From a virus: a stretch of DNA of 64,000 nucleotides. Shown here one piece after another: positions 9,576-20,193 of the stretch. Where the stretch lies: the IMG/VR virus record IMGVR_UViG_3300037258_000352, positions 40,287 to 104,286 of that record. One strand, written 5' to 3'. The position numbers and the translations under genes are program-made. The notes beneath the pieces were generated by a model. It was not told the origin of the DNA, made no database searches, and saw only the letters and a list, made by a program, of their open reading frames with translations. The first letter of the stretch is position 1, and each line of letters starts with the position of its first letter.

Positions 9576-10079
9576 TCAGCCGTTGCAGCCGGCGCAATGG
9601 ACGGGGATCCCCGCGCAACCCTTCCCGCTGCGGGACATGGCCAGCAGCATCACCAGCGCGAGGACAATCCCTAACCCGACTGTCCCCTCAGCGACCGCGG
9701 CGCCGTGGACCCCGAACCACGTTCCGATCCCGTGGATGATCCGGTAGAGCCCGTACATTCCCAGCGACGCGCTGCCGGCGATCAGGGCGTATTTCACGAT
9801 CGGGCCGGCGGCGATGACGTAGTCGATGGCTTCGACTTGGGATCCGTCGGGGATCCCGATGGGGATGGTGGGTGCGCCTGGGGTGACGAACACCCGGTAG
9901 GTGACCTGCCCCGGGGTGACCGGGGTGAGTTGCTCCGGGGTGCGGACCGCGACACCCATCTCCTGGTACCGGCCCGCCGTGTACATCACGTCAGCGAGGT
10001 AGCCGTTCAGGACCCGTTCCTCGATCTGGGTGATCGTGGTGGTCGGGTGGGTGGTGGGGATGAGCTGGGTGGGTGACAT
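9576..10079 (-). CDS. Spd-like membrane protein of transfer module
   Basis: 2 TM helices and C-terminal CAGIPVHCAGC. Confidence 0.55.
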   Translation of the reverse strand: MSPTQLIPTTHPTTTITQIEERVLNGYLADVMYTAGRYQEMGVAVRTPEQLTPVTPGQVTYRVFVTPGAPTIPIGIPDGSQVEAIDYVIAAGPIVKYALIAGSASLGMYGLYRIIHGIGTWFGVHGAAVAEGTVGLGIVLALVMLLAMSRSGKGCAGIPVHCAGCNG

Positions 10080-10103
10080 GGCGGGGTCTCCGGGGTGGGT
10101 GGG

Positions 10104-10970
10104 TTACGCCGCGAGGACGCGGGCGAGTTGGCGGGCGGTGGTGTCGGTGACCCGGTACCCCACCGGGAGGCGGGTGGGGAGCTCAGTCATGAGGACCCGA
10201 CGGCCGGTGGTGAGGCCCCGCTGCCCCCGCTCGTCCCGGAGTTCCCGGGCGGCGGCGTAGATGGTGGGGTCCACCCCGGGGGGTGGGGTGGTGGCGTTCG
10301 GTGTGGGGACGAGTTCCAGCTCCACCCCGGGGTGCGGAGTCCCGGGGTGGGCTGGCTCGTCCCCCGCGGGGGTGTGGGTGGGGGGCACCGTCACCCGGGG
10401 GAAGTCCCCCGCGGGGTCGAGGTCTGGGGTGGGGTCACCCGTGGTGCGGTCCGAGAGGCCCCGGAGGTCGGCCAGGAGGGATTCGAGTTCCGCGTCGACG
10501 TCGTCGAGTTCACCCGTGGGGGAGGTGTCCAGCTCGGTGCGGATCTCCGCGAAGTGTCGACGGACCCGGGGGGCGGCTTCCGCTAGGAGCAGGATCAGGC
10601 CGGGGGCTACGGAGTGCAGCAGGATCCCCGACGGGACCGCTGCGGCGGCGGACACCCAAATGTTCATCGCCCAGGTCGCGATGCCGGCGAACCACATGGT
10701 CCCGGTGAGCCAGGGTTCTTTCCGGCCGTAGTCGGCGAGGATGCTCCCGAACACGATCGCGGTCCCGAGGGTGATGGAGGCCATTGGGTCGAGGAGCCAC
10801 GCGATCCACCACTCGAAGCTGTGCCAAGGGTGGCCTGCGGATGCGAATCGTTGGACGTTGACCATCGTGAACACGAGGGCCAGCACAGCGACGGCGGTCA
10901 GGGCGTAGGCACCCCAGCGGCCCATGCGGGTCAACCATTCCGCCTCGTCGCGCTGGTTGGTGGTGTCCAT
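10104..10970 (-). CDS. SpdA/DUF2637-like spread membrane protein
   Basis: 4 TM helices (IAWLLDPM, WAMNIW, LHSVAP) followed by Pro-rich linker and HTH-like tail. Confidence 0.65.
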   Translation of the reverse strand: MDTTNQRDEAEWLTRMGRWGAYALTAVAVLALVFTMVNVQRFASAGHPWHSFEWWIAWLLDPMASITLGTAIVFGSILADYGRKEPWLTGTMWFAGIATWAMNIWVSAAAAVPSGILLHSVAPGLILLLAEAAPRVRRHFAEIRTELDTSPTGELDDVDAELESLLADLRGLSDRTTGDPTPDLDPAGDFPRVTVPPTHTPAGDEPAHPGTPHPGVELELVPTPNATTPPPGVDPTIYAAARELRDERGQRGLTTGRRVLMTELPTRLPVGYRVTDTTARQLARVLAA

Positions 10971-11137
10971 CGGTGCTGGTCCTTTCCCCGTAGGTTGTTT
11001 GGTGGTGCCGTCCGGTCGAGGTCTGTAATCGGCGCCCGACCGGACAGCACCTTGTGATGTTACATCCCTACGTGTTAGCACATGCGACACCCGGTCACGT
11101 TACATACTGAATACCCAGTATAGGTAGACTCCGTGAC

Positions 11138-11974
11138 ATGACGGGATCAATCGGGGCCGGGCTACGCCGGCGACAACTCGCGGAGATACTCACCGAGCTC
11201 CGCAAGACCAGCGGTAAAGACCAGGTCGCCGCTGCTGCGGCGTGTGACTGCTCCCGACCTCAGATCAGCAATTTCGAGTCCGGGAGATACGTCCCGAGCC
11301 GGTTGGAGCTCCCCGCCCTGCTGGAGTGCTACGGCGCGCTGGACCGGCTCCCTGAGCTGGAGGAACTCCGGGCCGCGGCGAACGAACCAGGCTGGTACTC
11401 GACGTATGGCCTGCCGGTGTGGTTGCAGTCCTATGTGCGGCTTGAGGACGACGCGATCCAGGTTCGGTGTTTCGCGTCTGGTCTGGTCCCGGGGCTGCTG
11501 CAAACCCAGGACTACGCCCGGACGGTTCAGCAGGAACACGGGGCCAGCACCCCGGAGGTTCAGCGGCGGCTCGCGGTCCTCGCGGGACGGCAGAAGCGGC
11601 TAGGGATAGGGATGACCCTGTCCGTGGTGGTGTCGGAGGCGTTGCTGCACCTGACCGTGTGTATGGGTGAGGTGGGGGTGGAACAGCTCGCGAGTCTCGC
11701 GGCGACGAGGGTCGCGGAGGTCCTGGTCCTGCCGTACTCGGCGGCCCTGACGCGGGGGATCGGTCACTGGACGGTCCTCGACTTCCCGATGGGGGTGTCC
11801 CCGGTCGCGTATGAGGAACATGCGATCGGTGGGCACCTAGCGGATGATCGGGGACTGGTAGGGAAGTTGGCCTCGCTGTATCAGGAGCTGCACTCCGCGG
11901 CTCTATCAGTGGAGGACAGTGCAACGAAGATCAGGCAGGTCATGGGTCTAACCAAGGAAGGGACAAGGCGATGA
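11138..11974 (+). CDS. XRE HTH + DUF5753 regulator (WhiJ/Scr1-like)
   Basis: RRRQLAEILTELR...ISNFESGR, GWYSTY, LVPGLLQTQDYAR; probably leaderless (TAGACT 7 nt before ATG). Confidence 0.9.
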   Translation: MTGSIGAGLRRRQLAEILTELRKTSGKDQVAAAAACDCSRPQISNFESGRYVPSRLELPALLECYGALDRLPELEELRAAANEPGWYSTYGLPVWLQSYVRLEDDAIQVRCFASGLVPGLLQTQDYARTVQQEHGASTPEVQRRLAVLAGRQKRLGIGMTLSVVVSEALLHLTVCMGEVGVEQLASLAATRVAEVLVLPYSAALTRGIGHWTVLDFPMGVSPVAYEEHAIGGHLADDRGLVGKLASLYQELHSAALSVEDSATKIRQVMGLTKEGTRR

Positions 11975-12192
11975 AGATCGAAGGCGTCGACGTTGGGCAG
12001 GTTGGGGAGTTCGTGAAGGCGACCGCGAGCGAGTCGGTGGACAAGTGTGTGTCCGTCGCGGTGACGAGCACGGGGCATCGGGTGGTGCGGCATTCCACGC
12101 GGGTCGGTGGTGCGGAGATCCCGTTCGATCGGGATGAGTGGTCCGCGTTCCTCGTCGGGGTCCATGCGGGTGAGTTCGACATCGCCGACTGA
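11971..12192 (+). CDS. DUF397 protein (BldB/Scr2-like)
   Basis: FVKATAS...CVSVA...VRHS...EWSAFLVGVHAGEFD; ATGA-coupled to the XRE gene. Confidence 0.9.
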   Translation: MKIEGVDVGQVGEFVKATASESVDKCVSVAVTSTGHRVVRHSTRVGGAEIPFDRDEWSAFLVGVHAGEFDIAD

Positions 12193-12257
12193 CCGGTGTG
12201 GTGTGGGGCGGTCCCTTCGCGAGACGCGGGCGAGGGGACCGTCGCCGTTTCCGGGGT

Positions 12258-12361
12258 GTAACGCCGGCTGGGGTGTGGCCGATACAGGGGTGTAAGCGTT
12301 GACACCCGCACACCACAGGTTTACTCTTGAGAGGTCGGTGCGGACCGACGGGACACGGAGG
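12258..12361 (+). promoter_or_regulatory. Tandem ECF + housekeeping promoter, hairpin, extended SD
   Basis: GTAAC(12258)-N17-CGAT; TTGACA(12299)-N17-TACTCT; GTCGG-TGCGGA-CCGAC; GACACGGAGG 12352. Confidence 0.85.
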
Positions 12362-12371
12362 AATCAAGGCG

Positions 12372-12794
12372 ATGGGCAAGTACAACCTCGGCGACATCAG
12401 GGTCAGCTACCACGCCACCGCCTACGCGGTGAACGGCAAAGCCATCAACCATGGTCACTTCTACGCTGACTTCGACTCGATCGAGGCTGCCCGTGAATGG
12501 GCTGGCCGGTTGTTCCGCGACCAGCACACGCGCTACGGACAGTCTCAGGTCGGCTCGGTCCAGATCCACGGCCGGGAGATGACGCTGGGGATCGAGGGTT
12601 GGAACGAGACCAGCGATTTCAGCAAGTCGCACTACGAGACGGTCCTGACCGACCAACCCATCGTGCTGGGCGCTGCTGATCTAGCGCTGCGCTGCTACGA
12701 CACGACCGTGATGGACTACTTCGAGACGGTCCACCCCCGCCGCGTTGACGGCACCTGCCACTGCGGGGACCCAACCCGCAACGTGAGCCTCTGA
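12372..12794 (+). CDS. Hypothetical protein
   Basis: ATG 10 nt after the cassette SD. Confidence 0.75.
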   Translation: MGKYNLGDIRVSYHATAYAVNGKAINHGHFYADFDSIEAAREWAGRLFRDQHTRYGQSQVGSVQIHGREMTLGIEGWNETSDFSKSHYETVLTDQPIVLGAADLALRCYDTTVMDYFETVHPRRVDGTCHCGDPTRNVSL

Positions 12795-12885
12795 TCGTTT
12801 CCTCTACCCCCGGCTGGGATGACCTGCACCTGAGCGTCAGGCCGCTAATCCCCCCGGGGGACTCCCCCGACACGGAGGGCAAGCC

Positions 12886-13098
12886 ATGTTCACCATAGGG
12901 ATCGTGTTGATCCTCCTGAAACTCGTGGGGGTGCTCTCCTGCTCGTGGACGGTCCTGCTGGTCCTCGTCGCGGTGATGGAGATCGCCCGGTGGGTGTGGG
13001 CAGTGATCCAGTTCGGGACCCTCGTCACCGCTGTTCGGCGGTCGCCGGTCCGGAGGACACGGCGGTCTCGCCCCCGGTCCCGCCAGCGGTTGTTCTGA
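12886..13098 (+). CDS. Small membrane protein
   Basis: LFTI..ILLKL.G...SW pattern common in phages; GACACGGAGG at 12869. Confidence 0.7.
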   Translation: MFTIGIVLILLKLVGVLSCSWTVLLVLVAVMEIARWVWAVIQFGTLVTAVRRSPVRRTRRSRPRSRQRLF

Positions 13099-13264
13099 AC
13101 ACGGGAGAGGAGGACGGAGGCCATGACTGACCGTCTGTTGGGTGACGAGTTCTACGCCGAGCTGGACGCGATCGACGCCCTGCTCGATGAGGCTGAGGCG
13201 GCGTTACCCATCGAAGCCGACAAGTAGCGGGATCCGAGCACCACCGACACGGAGGACAGAGCGG

Positions 13265-13332
<68 letters not shown>

Positions 13333-13336
<4 letters not shown>

Positions 13337-13722
13337 ACCGTAAACCGTTCACCACCGACACCACTTTCCTGTTCGTTGACGGCCCCCCTGACGGCCGGAG
13401 GTTCCCGATCACCCTGGCGTGGTCACCGGAAGCACCGTTGGAGGTTTGGTTCCTGTTCCCCCACCCGCACCCGTGGTGGATGGTGTCCCGGGACCTCCTC
13501 GCGGGGGGCCTGACCACCGACGCTGGTCAGGGGGATGTGAGAGTCAGCCCGCACCGCCCGGCCGGTGTCAATATCGTGCTCCACGGTCGGCAGTTCAGTG
13601 TGGCGGTGAGGGTATCCCGCCGGATGTTGCGGGTGTTCCTGAACAAGACGTTTCAGCGGATCCCCGCCGGGCAGGAGGTGATCCCGGAGCTAGACCGCGA
13701 GTTACAGGAGCTGACTGGCTGA
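13333..13722 (+). CDS. SsgA-family sporulation/cell-division regulator
   Basis: PITLAWSPEAPLEV.F.F...W.VSRDLLAGGL...GQGDVRVSP...FLNKT...PAGQE. Confidence 0.9.
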
Positions 13723-13769
13723 CTAGTACGGAGTGACCACCGTAAATCAACGAACACGGAGGAGTCATC

Positions 13770-13961
13770 ATGGCATGGCGGCGTAGGCGCAGGCACAACG
13801 AGGGCATCTTCTACATGGACACGAGCCGGTTCCGGCCGTCGTCGTGGGGTGTGCACATCGCGGCGTTGACGTACAACGTCACCCGGCATATCGGGAGTAT
13901 CCGGTTGCCGTTTGGGTTCGGGTCGTTGACCTTCGGGTCTGGGCGGCGGGGGCGTCGGTGA
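13770..13961 (+). CDS. Small basic protein (DUF4236-like)
   Basis: AACACGGAGG SD; Arg-rich start, SSWG...TYN...SIRLP.G. Confidence 0.55.
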   Translation: MAWRRRRRHNEGIFYMDTSRFRPSSWGVHIAALTYNVTRHIGSIRLPFGFGSLTFGSGRRGRR

Positions 13962-14256
13962 TGCGCACGCTCACGGATCTCGTTCCGTTCCCGTTGGTGA
14001 CGTCGGGCCGGCACGGGTACTGGGGTGCGAGTCCCATGCTCAAAGTCCTGACCTACGCCCTGCGTGGCGCGCTCGAGACCGGGGAACCGACCGGGTCGAT
14101 CGTGTTGCAGATCGGTGGGGAACTCCTCAACGAGCGGGCCCCGACACCGGATGAGATGGACTTCAACGAGGACGCGTACTGGGAGCGGCAGCGTGAGCTC
14201 CAGCAGGGCGTTGTGGGAGTCCGAGGTCGAGCCGCACTCGGAGGGTGTGTTCTCCC

Positions 14257-15219
14257 ATGAGTGAGTTCCTGCCGTCGGACTACCTGACCCACGACACCCC
14301 CGCCGGACCGAGGTTCGCTTACCCGCGACCGCAGTTAGAGGACTACCCCTCTCATTGGCAAGACAAGCCAGCGGTGACGTGGGCGACCCCAGACGAGTCG
14401 TGGGTCACGATCGTTGAGGTCGGGTCGTGGCTTGTCGCGGACACCCCGGTTCGGGTGGTCACCGCGTCGTGGCTGCCGCCGACCCGACCGGGCCCATGGC
14501 GGAAGACAACGGACCCACCGCTGGATCCGTACGCCCGGCCAGCGTGGGACGCGGCACCAGAGGTGCCTCCTGCGGAGGAGGTGGAGCATCACGACACCCA
14601 CTTGGTGGAGACCTGTCTGCGGTGTGAACTCTTCCGGGTTCTGCACGACCGGCCCAGGGTTCAGTCACCACCAGAGACCCGGACCGTGGATTTCACGTCA
14701 TGGGTCCCGCTGCCTGGTGCACCGGACCCCGACCCGGACAAGCAGTGGGTCCTCAACGATTCGAGCGCGGTCGCGGTCTACGGCGCGCACACCGCGCACC
14801 TGTGGCCCGGGTACCTCCCCGGGTTCCGGGACCGGGTGTACGAGCTGCTGCAGGCCGACCCGCGGGTTCAGTACGTGTTCGACGCGAAGAACCACCGTGA
14901 CCAGACACCCGGGTCGCTACAAACAACCGTGCCGATTAGGTGGGACACCCCGAAGACATCGATCCGGTCGAGGACCGGTGCCCGGGGTCAGAAGCTGCGG
15001 GGTCGGGAGGAGATCCCGCAGCCGATCGCGCACTCCGCCCGGACAACGCTCGTGGTTCCCACCGGGGTATCCGGCGCGACCAAGGCGGAAGCGTTGGCCC
15101 GGTGGGACTCCGAGATCGCCCGTTACGTGGGGCTGCTGGTCCCAGTCGATGTGGTCACCTGCAACCGGTGTGACGGGCACGGTCACCTGCTGGCCCGCGA
15201 CGTCGAGGAGGAGACATGA
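14257..15219 (+). CDS. Hypothetical protein, C-terminal CxxCxGxG
   Basis: Long ORF in operon with coupled ends. Confidence 0.65.
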   Translation: MSEFLPSDYLTHDTPAGPRFAYPRPQLEDYPSHWQDKPAVTWATPDESWVTIVEVGSWLVADTPVRVVTASWLPPTRPGPWRKTTDPPLDPYARPAWDAAPEVPPAEEVEHHDTHLVETCLRCELFRVLHDRPRVQSPPETRTVDFTSWVPLPGAPDPDPDKQWVLNDSSAVAVYGAHTAHLWPGYLPGFRDRVYELLQADPRVQYVFDAKNHRDQTPGSLQTTVPIRWDTPKTSIRSRTGARGQKLRGREEIPQPIAHSARTTLVVPTGVSGATKAEALARWDSEIARYVGLLVPVDVVTCNRCDGHGHLLARDVEEET

Positions 15220-15403
15220 CGGCGACCACCGTGGTCGTGTTGCCGTTGCTGTGCGGGACCGGTCTGGTCCTAGCCCTGGTCGGGCTCGCGCTCGTCGTGC
15301 AGCTACGCCGACTACCCGAGGACGGGACGTCGTGGTTCGTGGTGGGTGTGGGGATCGTGGTGTTCCTCGCGATCCTGGGCTTGATGACCGCAGGAGGGGC
15401 GTG

Positions 15404-15628
15404 ATGGCCGTCCCTCCCGATTGGACCTGCCTGCTCTCCGCGTTGAAACTCATCAGCCGGGGTGGCTACAACGACATCTCCCCGTTCCATTGCGAGACCG
15501 ACGTGTTGACGGTCATGGCCGACCCCGAGATGTTCACCAGCACCGAGCTAGATCAGCTCGCCGAGTGGGGTTTCGATGCCGGGCCGGATGCTGGCACGTT
15601 CACCTCTCGCCGTTTCGGGAGCGCGTGA
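15404..15628 (+). CDS. Phage hypothetical protein
   Basis: SPFHCETDVL...LAEWGF...SRRFGS; AGGAGG SD. Confidence 0.7.
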   Translation: MAVPPDWTCLLSALKLISRGGYNDISPFHCETDVLTVMADPEMFTSTELDQLAEWGFDAGPDAGTFTSRRFGSA

Positions 15629-15975
15629 TGAGCCGGTTCGATTACAACGTCGCCCGGACCCTACGGATCGCGGACACCCCATTCGGCGGGCTGGTCATGG
15701 CCGCGATCCTCAAGTCCGACCCGCACAACCGGGCGCTGCTCCGCGCGGTGTTCCCCGACGTGTGGGACGAGCTCAACGCCCGGGAGAACGCTCCCGGTGG
15801 GCACCTGGACAGTGATGACGTCCCGGTCCGGTTGGTCGTGACCGAGGTGGGTCCGGGCGAACCCCTGTTGCGGCCGGTGTGCCCGCGCTGCGAGCGACCG
15901 TGGACCGAGCCAGCGTGTGGGGTCATCCACCAGATCATCGGCGCGGACGGGCGCCTCCACATCTACCCGCTATGA
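15628..15975 (+). CDS. Phage hypothetical protein
   Basis: F.GLVMAAI.K.D..N...L...FP..W.EL.AR.NAPGG. Confidence 0.7.
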   Translation: MSRFDYNVARTLRIADTPFGGLVMAAILKSDPHNRALLRAVFPDVWDELNARENAPGGHLDSDDVPVRLVVTEVGPGEPLLRPVCPRCERPWTEPACGVIHQIIGADGRLHIYPL

Positions 15976-16268
15976 CGACGCCTTCCGGGCCGTGAAGGGT
16001 CGTCGGCTCAACGTTCATCACACGTTCGTCCTCGTCGGAGGAGAGAGGTGGTACGCCGTGATCGACGGTGAGATCGTCAGTGTCCGGCCGGTGGAGCTCG
16101 CGGAGTCCCGGGGTACCGGTACGTGTGTGCATTGCCAGGGGGAGTGCCGGTCCTATTGCAAGTCGTGTCGTAAGCCGGTGTGCTCGGGTGACTTCGACGT
16201 TCACCGGGGGGATCACGACCCGGAGGACCGGACCGCGACGTGGACCCGAACCGCCTCCCTAGCCAACA

Positions 16269-16331
16269 TTGACGGTATGTAGGTTGAAGTGTAGCCTTGA
16301 GGGAGTCGGTGCGGACCGGCAGACACGGAGG
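16269..16331 (+). promoter_or_regulatory. Housekeeping promoter + hairpin + extended SD cassette
   Basis: TTGACG-N17-TAGCCT; GTCGG-TGCGGA-CCGGC; GACACGGAGG 16322. Confidence 0.85.
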
Positions 16332-16345
16332 GACCAAAGATCACG

Positions 16346-16486
16346 ATGGACAGGAAAGAGATCAGCCGGGCGCTGGCCAAGGCGATCGCCTACAAGAACT
16401 GCGGCAAAGAAGACGAAGCCCGAGAGTGGGCCCGGAAGCTGATCGAACTCCTAGAGCTCGCTGAAATCCTGACCAAGGAAAGCTGA
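16346..16486 (+). CDS. 46-aa helical protein, not in ORF track
   Basis: MDRKEISRALAKAIAYKNCGKEDEAREWARKLIELLELAEILTKES; follows cassette. Confidence 0.8.
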   Translation: MDRKEISRALAKAIAYKNCGKEDEAREWARKLIELLELAEILTKES

Positions 16487-16527
16487 GCGCGGGTCTGACG
16501 GGGACCTGGGACACGGAGGACACGATC

Positions 16528-17070
16528 ATGTTCCGCACCAAGAAAAGCATGCAGCAGGAGTGGGACGCATGCATCATCAGCTACGGTCGTGAATGCAACG
16601 ACCAGCTCAACACTGCGCGGAGAATCGCGCGCTGGTCAGCGCGGATCCCTTGGTGGGAACTGCGGCTCCCCCTGAACCGGTGGGAGACCACCTGCCGAGC
16701 AGCAGCTGCTGACGCCACCGTTGAAGCTGACCGAATGGTCCTCGACCCAGACAACCCCCGCAACGGCGGTGACGGTGGCGATGAGTGGAAACCCGGCCCT
16801 GGGTTCTGGGAGGTGTTCACCGTTCGGGAGGTCGCGTCGACGCTGCTGTGGCTCGCGTACTCCCTGCTCGTCGGGATCGCTGTCATGGCCGGGGTCCTGA
16901 TCCTCATCATCGGCCGCAACCGCGGGGTGTCCGACTCCCCCATGGACGTCCTCTACACGCTGGCCGCGATCGCGGCGGGGGTTTGGTCGGTGCTGGTGTT
17001 CCAGTGGGCCTGCCACGCCCTTGCGGCCGGTGCTGGTCTCGCTCTGCGGTACGTGTGGGGTCCGCGATGA
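16528..17070 (+). CDS. Membrane protein
   Basis: GACACGGAGG at 16510; C-terminal TM helices. Confidence 0.7.
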   Translation: MFRTKKSMQQEWDACIISYGRECNDQLNTARRIARWSARIPWWELRLPLNRWETTCRAAAADATVEADRMVLDPDNPRNGGDGGDEWKPGPGFWEVFTVREVASTLLWLAYSLLVGIAVMAGVLILIIGRNRGVSDSPMDVLYTLAAIAAGVWSVLVFQWACHALAAGAGLALRYVWGPR

Positions 17071-17677
17071 AACCGACACCCGACGTTGAGATCACCGGGA
17101 CCGCGACCCGGATGAACGTCGAACCCGACCCGGTGACCGGGGGGATCGTCCTGGTCACCTACGCGGAAATGGACGACGGTCGAGTCGGTCGGGTGTGGCT
17201 GAGGATCCCCGCGGACGCGCTCGCCTACTTCACGGACCGGCTCCCGCCGGCCCCGTCGGACCCGACGGTCGACCCGCCCTCGCCGGCCCACTGCACGGGC
17301 CGGCGTGTTGTTGGGCGGTGGTGACCAGGTGAGCGACCTCCGTCGGTTCCATCTGGACCCGGGCCGCATGCCGATCTGGCTGATGCTGGCTATCGTCGCG
17401 CTGTTCACGGTGGCTTCCGCGTTCCCGGCCATCGACACCGAGTGCGCATTAGTGGCCCTCGGGCTCACGGTGGGGACGTTCACCGTCCGGGTCATCATCA
17501 GGAGACCCCGGTGAAAACGTGGCCGTGGCCAGTGTGGGTCGTCGTGCTGGTCGCGGGCCTGATCCTGACTGGGGTCGTGTTCCCCTATATCGGGGACTCG
17601 GTCACCGCCCGCGCTGCCGCGTTCCTCGGTGGGGTCTTCATCGGGTGGTCGGCGAACATCGCTGCGCGGAGGTTCTA

Positions 17678-18457
17678 ATGGCTCGCCGTCGCCGGTTCCG
17701 GTGCGGGACGGTGTACTGCCTGCGGGTGATGCGCCGGTCCCGCTGGACTGGGCGACTGCGGTTGTCCCGTGGGTACATCGGTCAAACCAGGTACCGGGAC
17801 TACCGCAAGAGAGTAGATCAACATCTTTACGGGGCTTGGTTCAATAATGAGTGGACCCCCCCGAAGTACTGGGCCCATGAGGTCGTTGACTACTACCCCC
17901 TGTGGCAGTCCGACCGGTGGTGCGACTGGGGCCTCGACACCCGGGAGTTCCTGTGCATCCGGGTGTTGTTCCCACTGCACAACATCATTTGGAATCTTGG
18001 CAACCCGCGGCGGATCATCCCCCCACCCATCGACCAGCGGTTGTACCCCACCCCGGATCAGATCACTGCCGTAGAGCGGTACCCCGGGAAACCTCGCCGC
18101 CCCGTGATCCCCGCATGGCCCGCTGACATGCAACACGCATCCCGGGTCGCTGACCACTATCAGGCACCCACCACCCCGCGGGTGTTCAGTGGGTCGTTCC
18201 TGGTCAAGTGGGTTGTGTTGGCTGCGGTCCTGCTGATGTTCATCCCTGGATTGCCCGGGTGGGATGTGACCGCGGGGACCGTGGGGTGGGTAGCCAACGG
18301 AGTGGGGTGGGGTGTCACCCACGGGCGGGAGCTGGGTGGGTTACTGGCCCTCGGTGTGGTGGCGTGGCTGCTGTCCCGTCACCAACTCCGCCGGCGGGGG
18401 ACCACCCGCACACGGACTCGGCGCCCGGCGCGTCGTCGTAAGACACCACTGTTCTGA
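17678..18457 (+). CDS. GIY-YIG-like domain protein with C-terminal TM helices
   Basis: GTVY...GYIGQT...R..QH...E...I...PLHN followed by 2 hydrophobic segments. Confidence 0.65.
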   Translation: MARRRRFRCGTVYCLRVMRRSRWTGRLRLSRGYIGQTRYRDYRKRVDQHLYGAWFNNEWTPPKYWAHEVVDYYPLWQSDRWCDWGLDTREFLCIRVLFPLHNIIWNLGNPRRIIPPPIDQRLYPTPDQITAVERYPGKPRRPVIPAWPADMQHASRVADHYQAPTTPRVFSGSFLVKWVVLAAVLLMFIPGLPGWDVTAGTVGWVANGVGWGVTHGRELGGLLALGVVAWLLSRHQLRRRGTTRTRTRRPARRRKTPLF

Positions 18458-19104
18458 TCACAGAGAAAAGGGAGGACACGTCATGGTTTGGCCGCTGACC
18501 CCATGGGGTGCAGGACGATCACCGGACCGCCCTGCAGAGCCCACGCTCACCGAGTACGACGCCGCAAAGAACTCACCAGGAGTCACCTACGGTCGGGTTC
18601 GGGGCAACATTTTCACCGGGTACTGGTTGGAGCCGTCCGGACCGACCGGCGATTGAAATCGCCAGCAAGCAGCGACTGATTCAGACACGGAGGAAGAGAT
18701 GACACCGCTCGTAGTTCCCCCCGAAACCTGGGTGCGTATCCCCGGGTCCAACTTCGAGGTGTGGCACCGGCAGTACCGGAACGTGGTCATCACCGACCAC
18801 TACAAAGGAGCCCACGGTCTCGGTCTTCGGATCGTTCCCACGACAGGAGAACCAACCGATGCCTAGGAACCCGAGCCCTGACGAGGTCCACAACCAAATC
18901 CAGGAACTGGAAGGCCGGACGATGGAAGACCTCCGGGACAACTGGACACTGCAACCCGTCAACGACGAGGACTGACCCGATGCCGGGCGGGAGAAGCGAC
19001 GATGACGTCCACCCCGAACGGGAAGAAGGCAACGGGAAAACCGACAGAGGACCCGACCCCGACACCCAGGACGACCGGAAAACCAGCGACAACGGGAAAG
19101 GGAA

Positions 19105-20193
19105 GTGATGAGCCGTAGACGGCATTTCGTGGGGACGGTCCCCTGCCCCCACCCGGAGGAAGGCCTACAAACCGTCCTGCGGGGCTCCGACGACATCACC
19201 AGCATGAGCGACACCGAAAGCACCGACGGGCGCGCCGACTGGATCATCCCGATCCTCCAAGCCCGTACCCAACACGCCAACATCGTCGCGCTTAAGGGCC
19301 TGCACTACTACGACCGGGACACGTTCCACCTGTGGAACACGTGCGTGTGTATGCGCCGGCCGCGGCGGGACCTCACCTACTCGGCTATGGCGCTGCCGTA
19401 CGCGCGGCACGCTGAGGCGTGGTTCCCCACCTTCGAGCGGGTCACCGCCGCCCTCGGGCTCGGTGACGTCCTCTATCAGGTCGACGTCGCCGCACCGTTC
19501 ACGATGGCCGCGTTCACGTGGGGTCCCGGGGTGTTCGCGCATTACGACGACGAGGTCGCCGCCGCGGTCAAACAGATCGAGCAGGTCCTCCGGATCACCG
19601 GTGGGCGGGTCGTGTTCCAAATCAGCGCGCCCGTCGAAACGGTCCTGACCGCGTGGGCCCCGACAGCGGTCCGGGAAATGCAAGCCGAGGTGATGGCCGA
19701 CCGGATCGTGGGTCTCGCTGCCGCGTCCCCGGCGGGGACCGAGTTCATCGTCCACGAGTGCGTGGGCCGACCGAGGGGGAAACCGGTGACAGTGTTGAAG
19801 GACCTCGGTCCGGTCGCGGACCTCACCTCGGCGATCGTCCGTCGGTGGCCAGCGGGGCGGGTCCTCAACGCGATCCACCTACCCATCGGGGACGTCACCC
19901 ACCCAGCGCCGCTGGACCCGAACTATTACGCCCCGCTGCGGTGGCGGAACGTCCCCGCCCGGGTGGCTCTGATCGCGGGTCTAGCGAACCTCCACGTGCA
20001 GGACTCCCAGCAGCGCAGCGCGTTGCGGATCGCGGAGCTCGCCGCCGGCCGCGAGTTGGGGGTGTCCACCCCGTGCGGGTTGGGTGGTGATGAGGACCTG
20101 CTGGCCTCGATGATCCGCCGGACCCGGGACCTCGCCGTGATGCCGACCACGGTCGGGTCGTGGGACACGCTGATCGGTGACCGTGATGAGTGA
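19105..20193 (+). CDS. MetE/URO-D-like TIM-barrel protein
   Basis: HFVGTVP, VHECVG, IHLP, STPCGLG. Confidence 0.65.
   Translation: MMSRRRHFVGTVPCPHPEEGLQTVLRGSDDITSMSDTESTDGRADWIIPILQARTQHANIVALKGLHYYDRDTFHLWNTCVCMRRPRRDLTYSAMALPYARHAEAWFPTFERVTAALGLGDVLYQVDVAAPFTMAAFTWGPGVFAHYDDEVAAAVKQIEQVLRITGGRVVFQISAPVETVLTAWAPTAVREMQAEVMADRIVGLAAASPAGTEFIVHECVGRPRGKPVTVLKDLGPVADLTSAIVRRWPAGRVLNAIHLPIGDVTHPAPLDPNYYAPLRWRNVPARVALIAGLANLHVQDSQQRSALRIAELAAGRELGVSTPCGLGGDEDLLASMIRRTRDLAVMPTTVGSWDTLIGDRDE

Noticed and set aside
11059-11103. Two leftward GTAAC boxes upstream of the transfer operon as ECF promoters
   Set aside because: No CGAT at 16-17 nt. They may be operator half-sites but this is unsupported.
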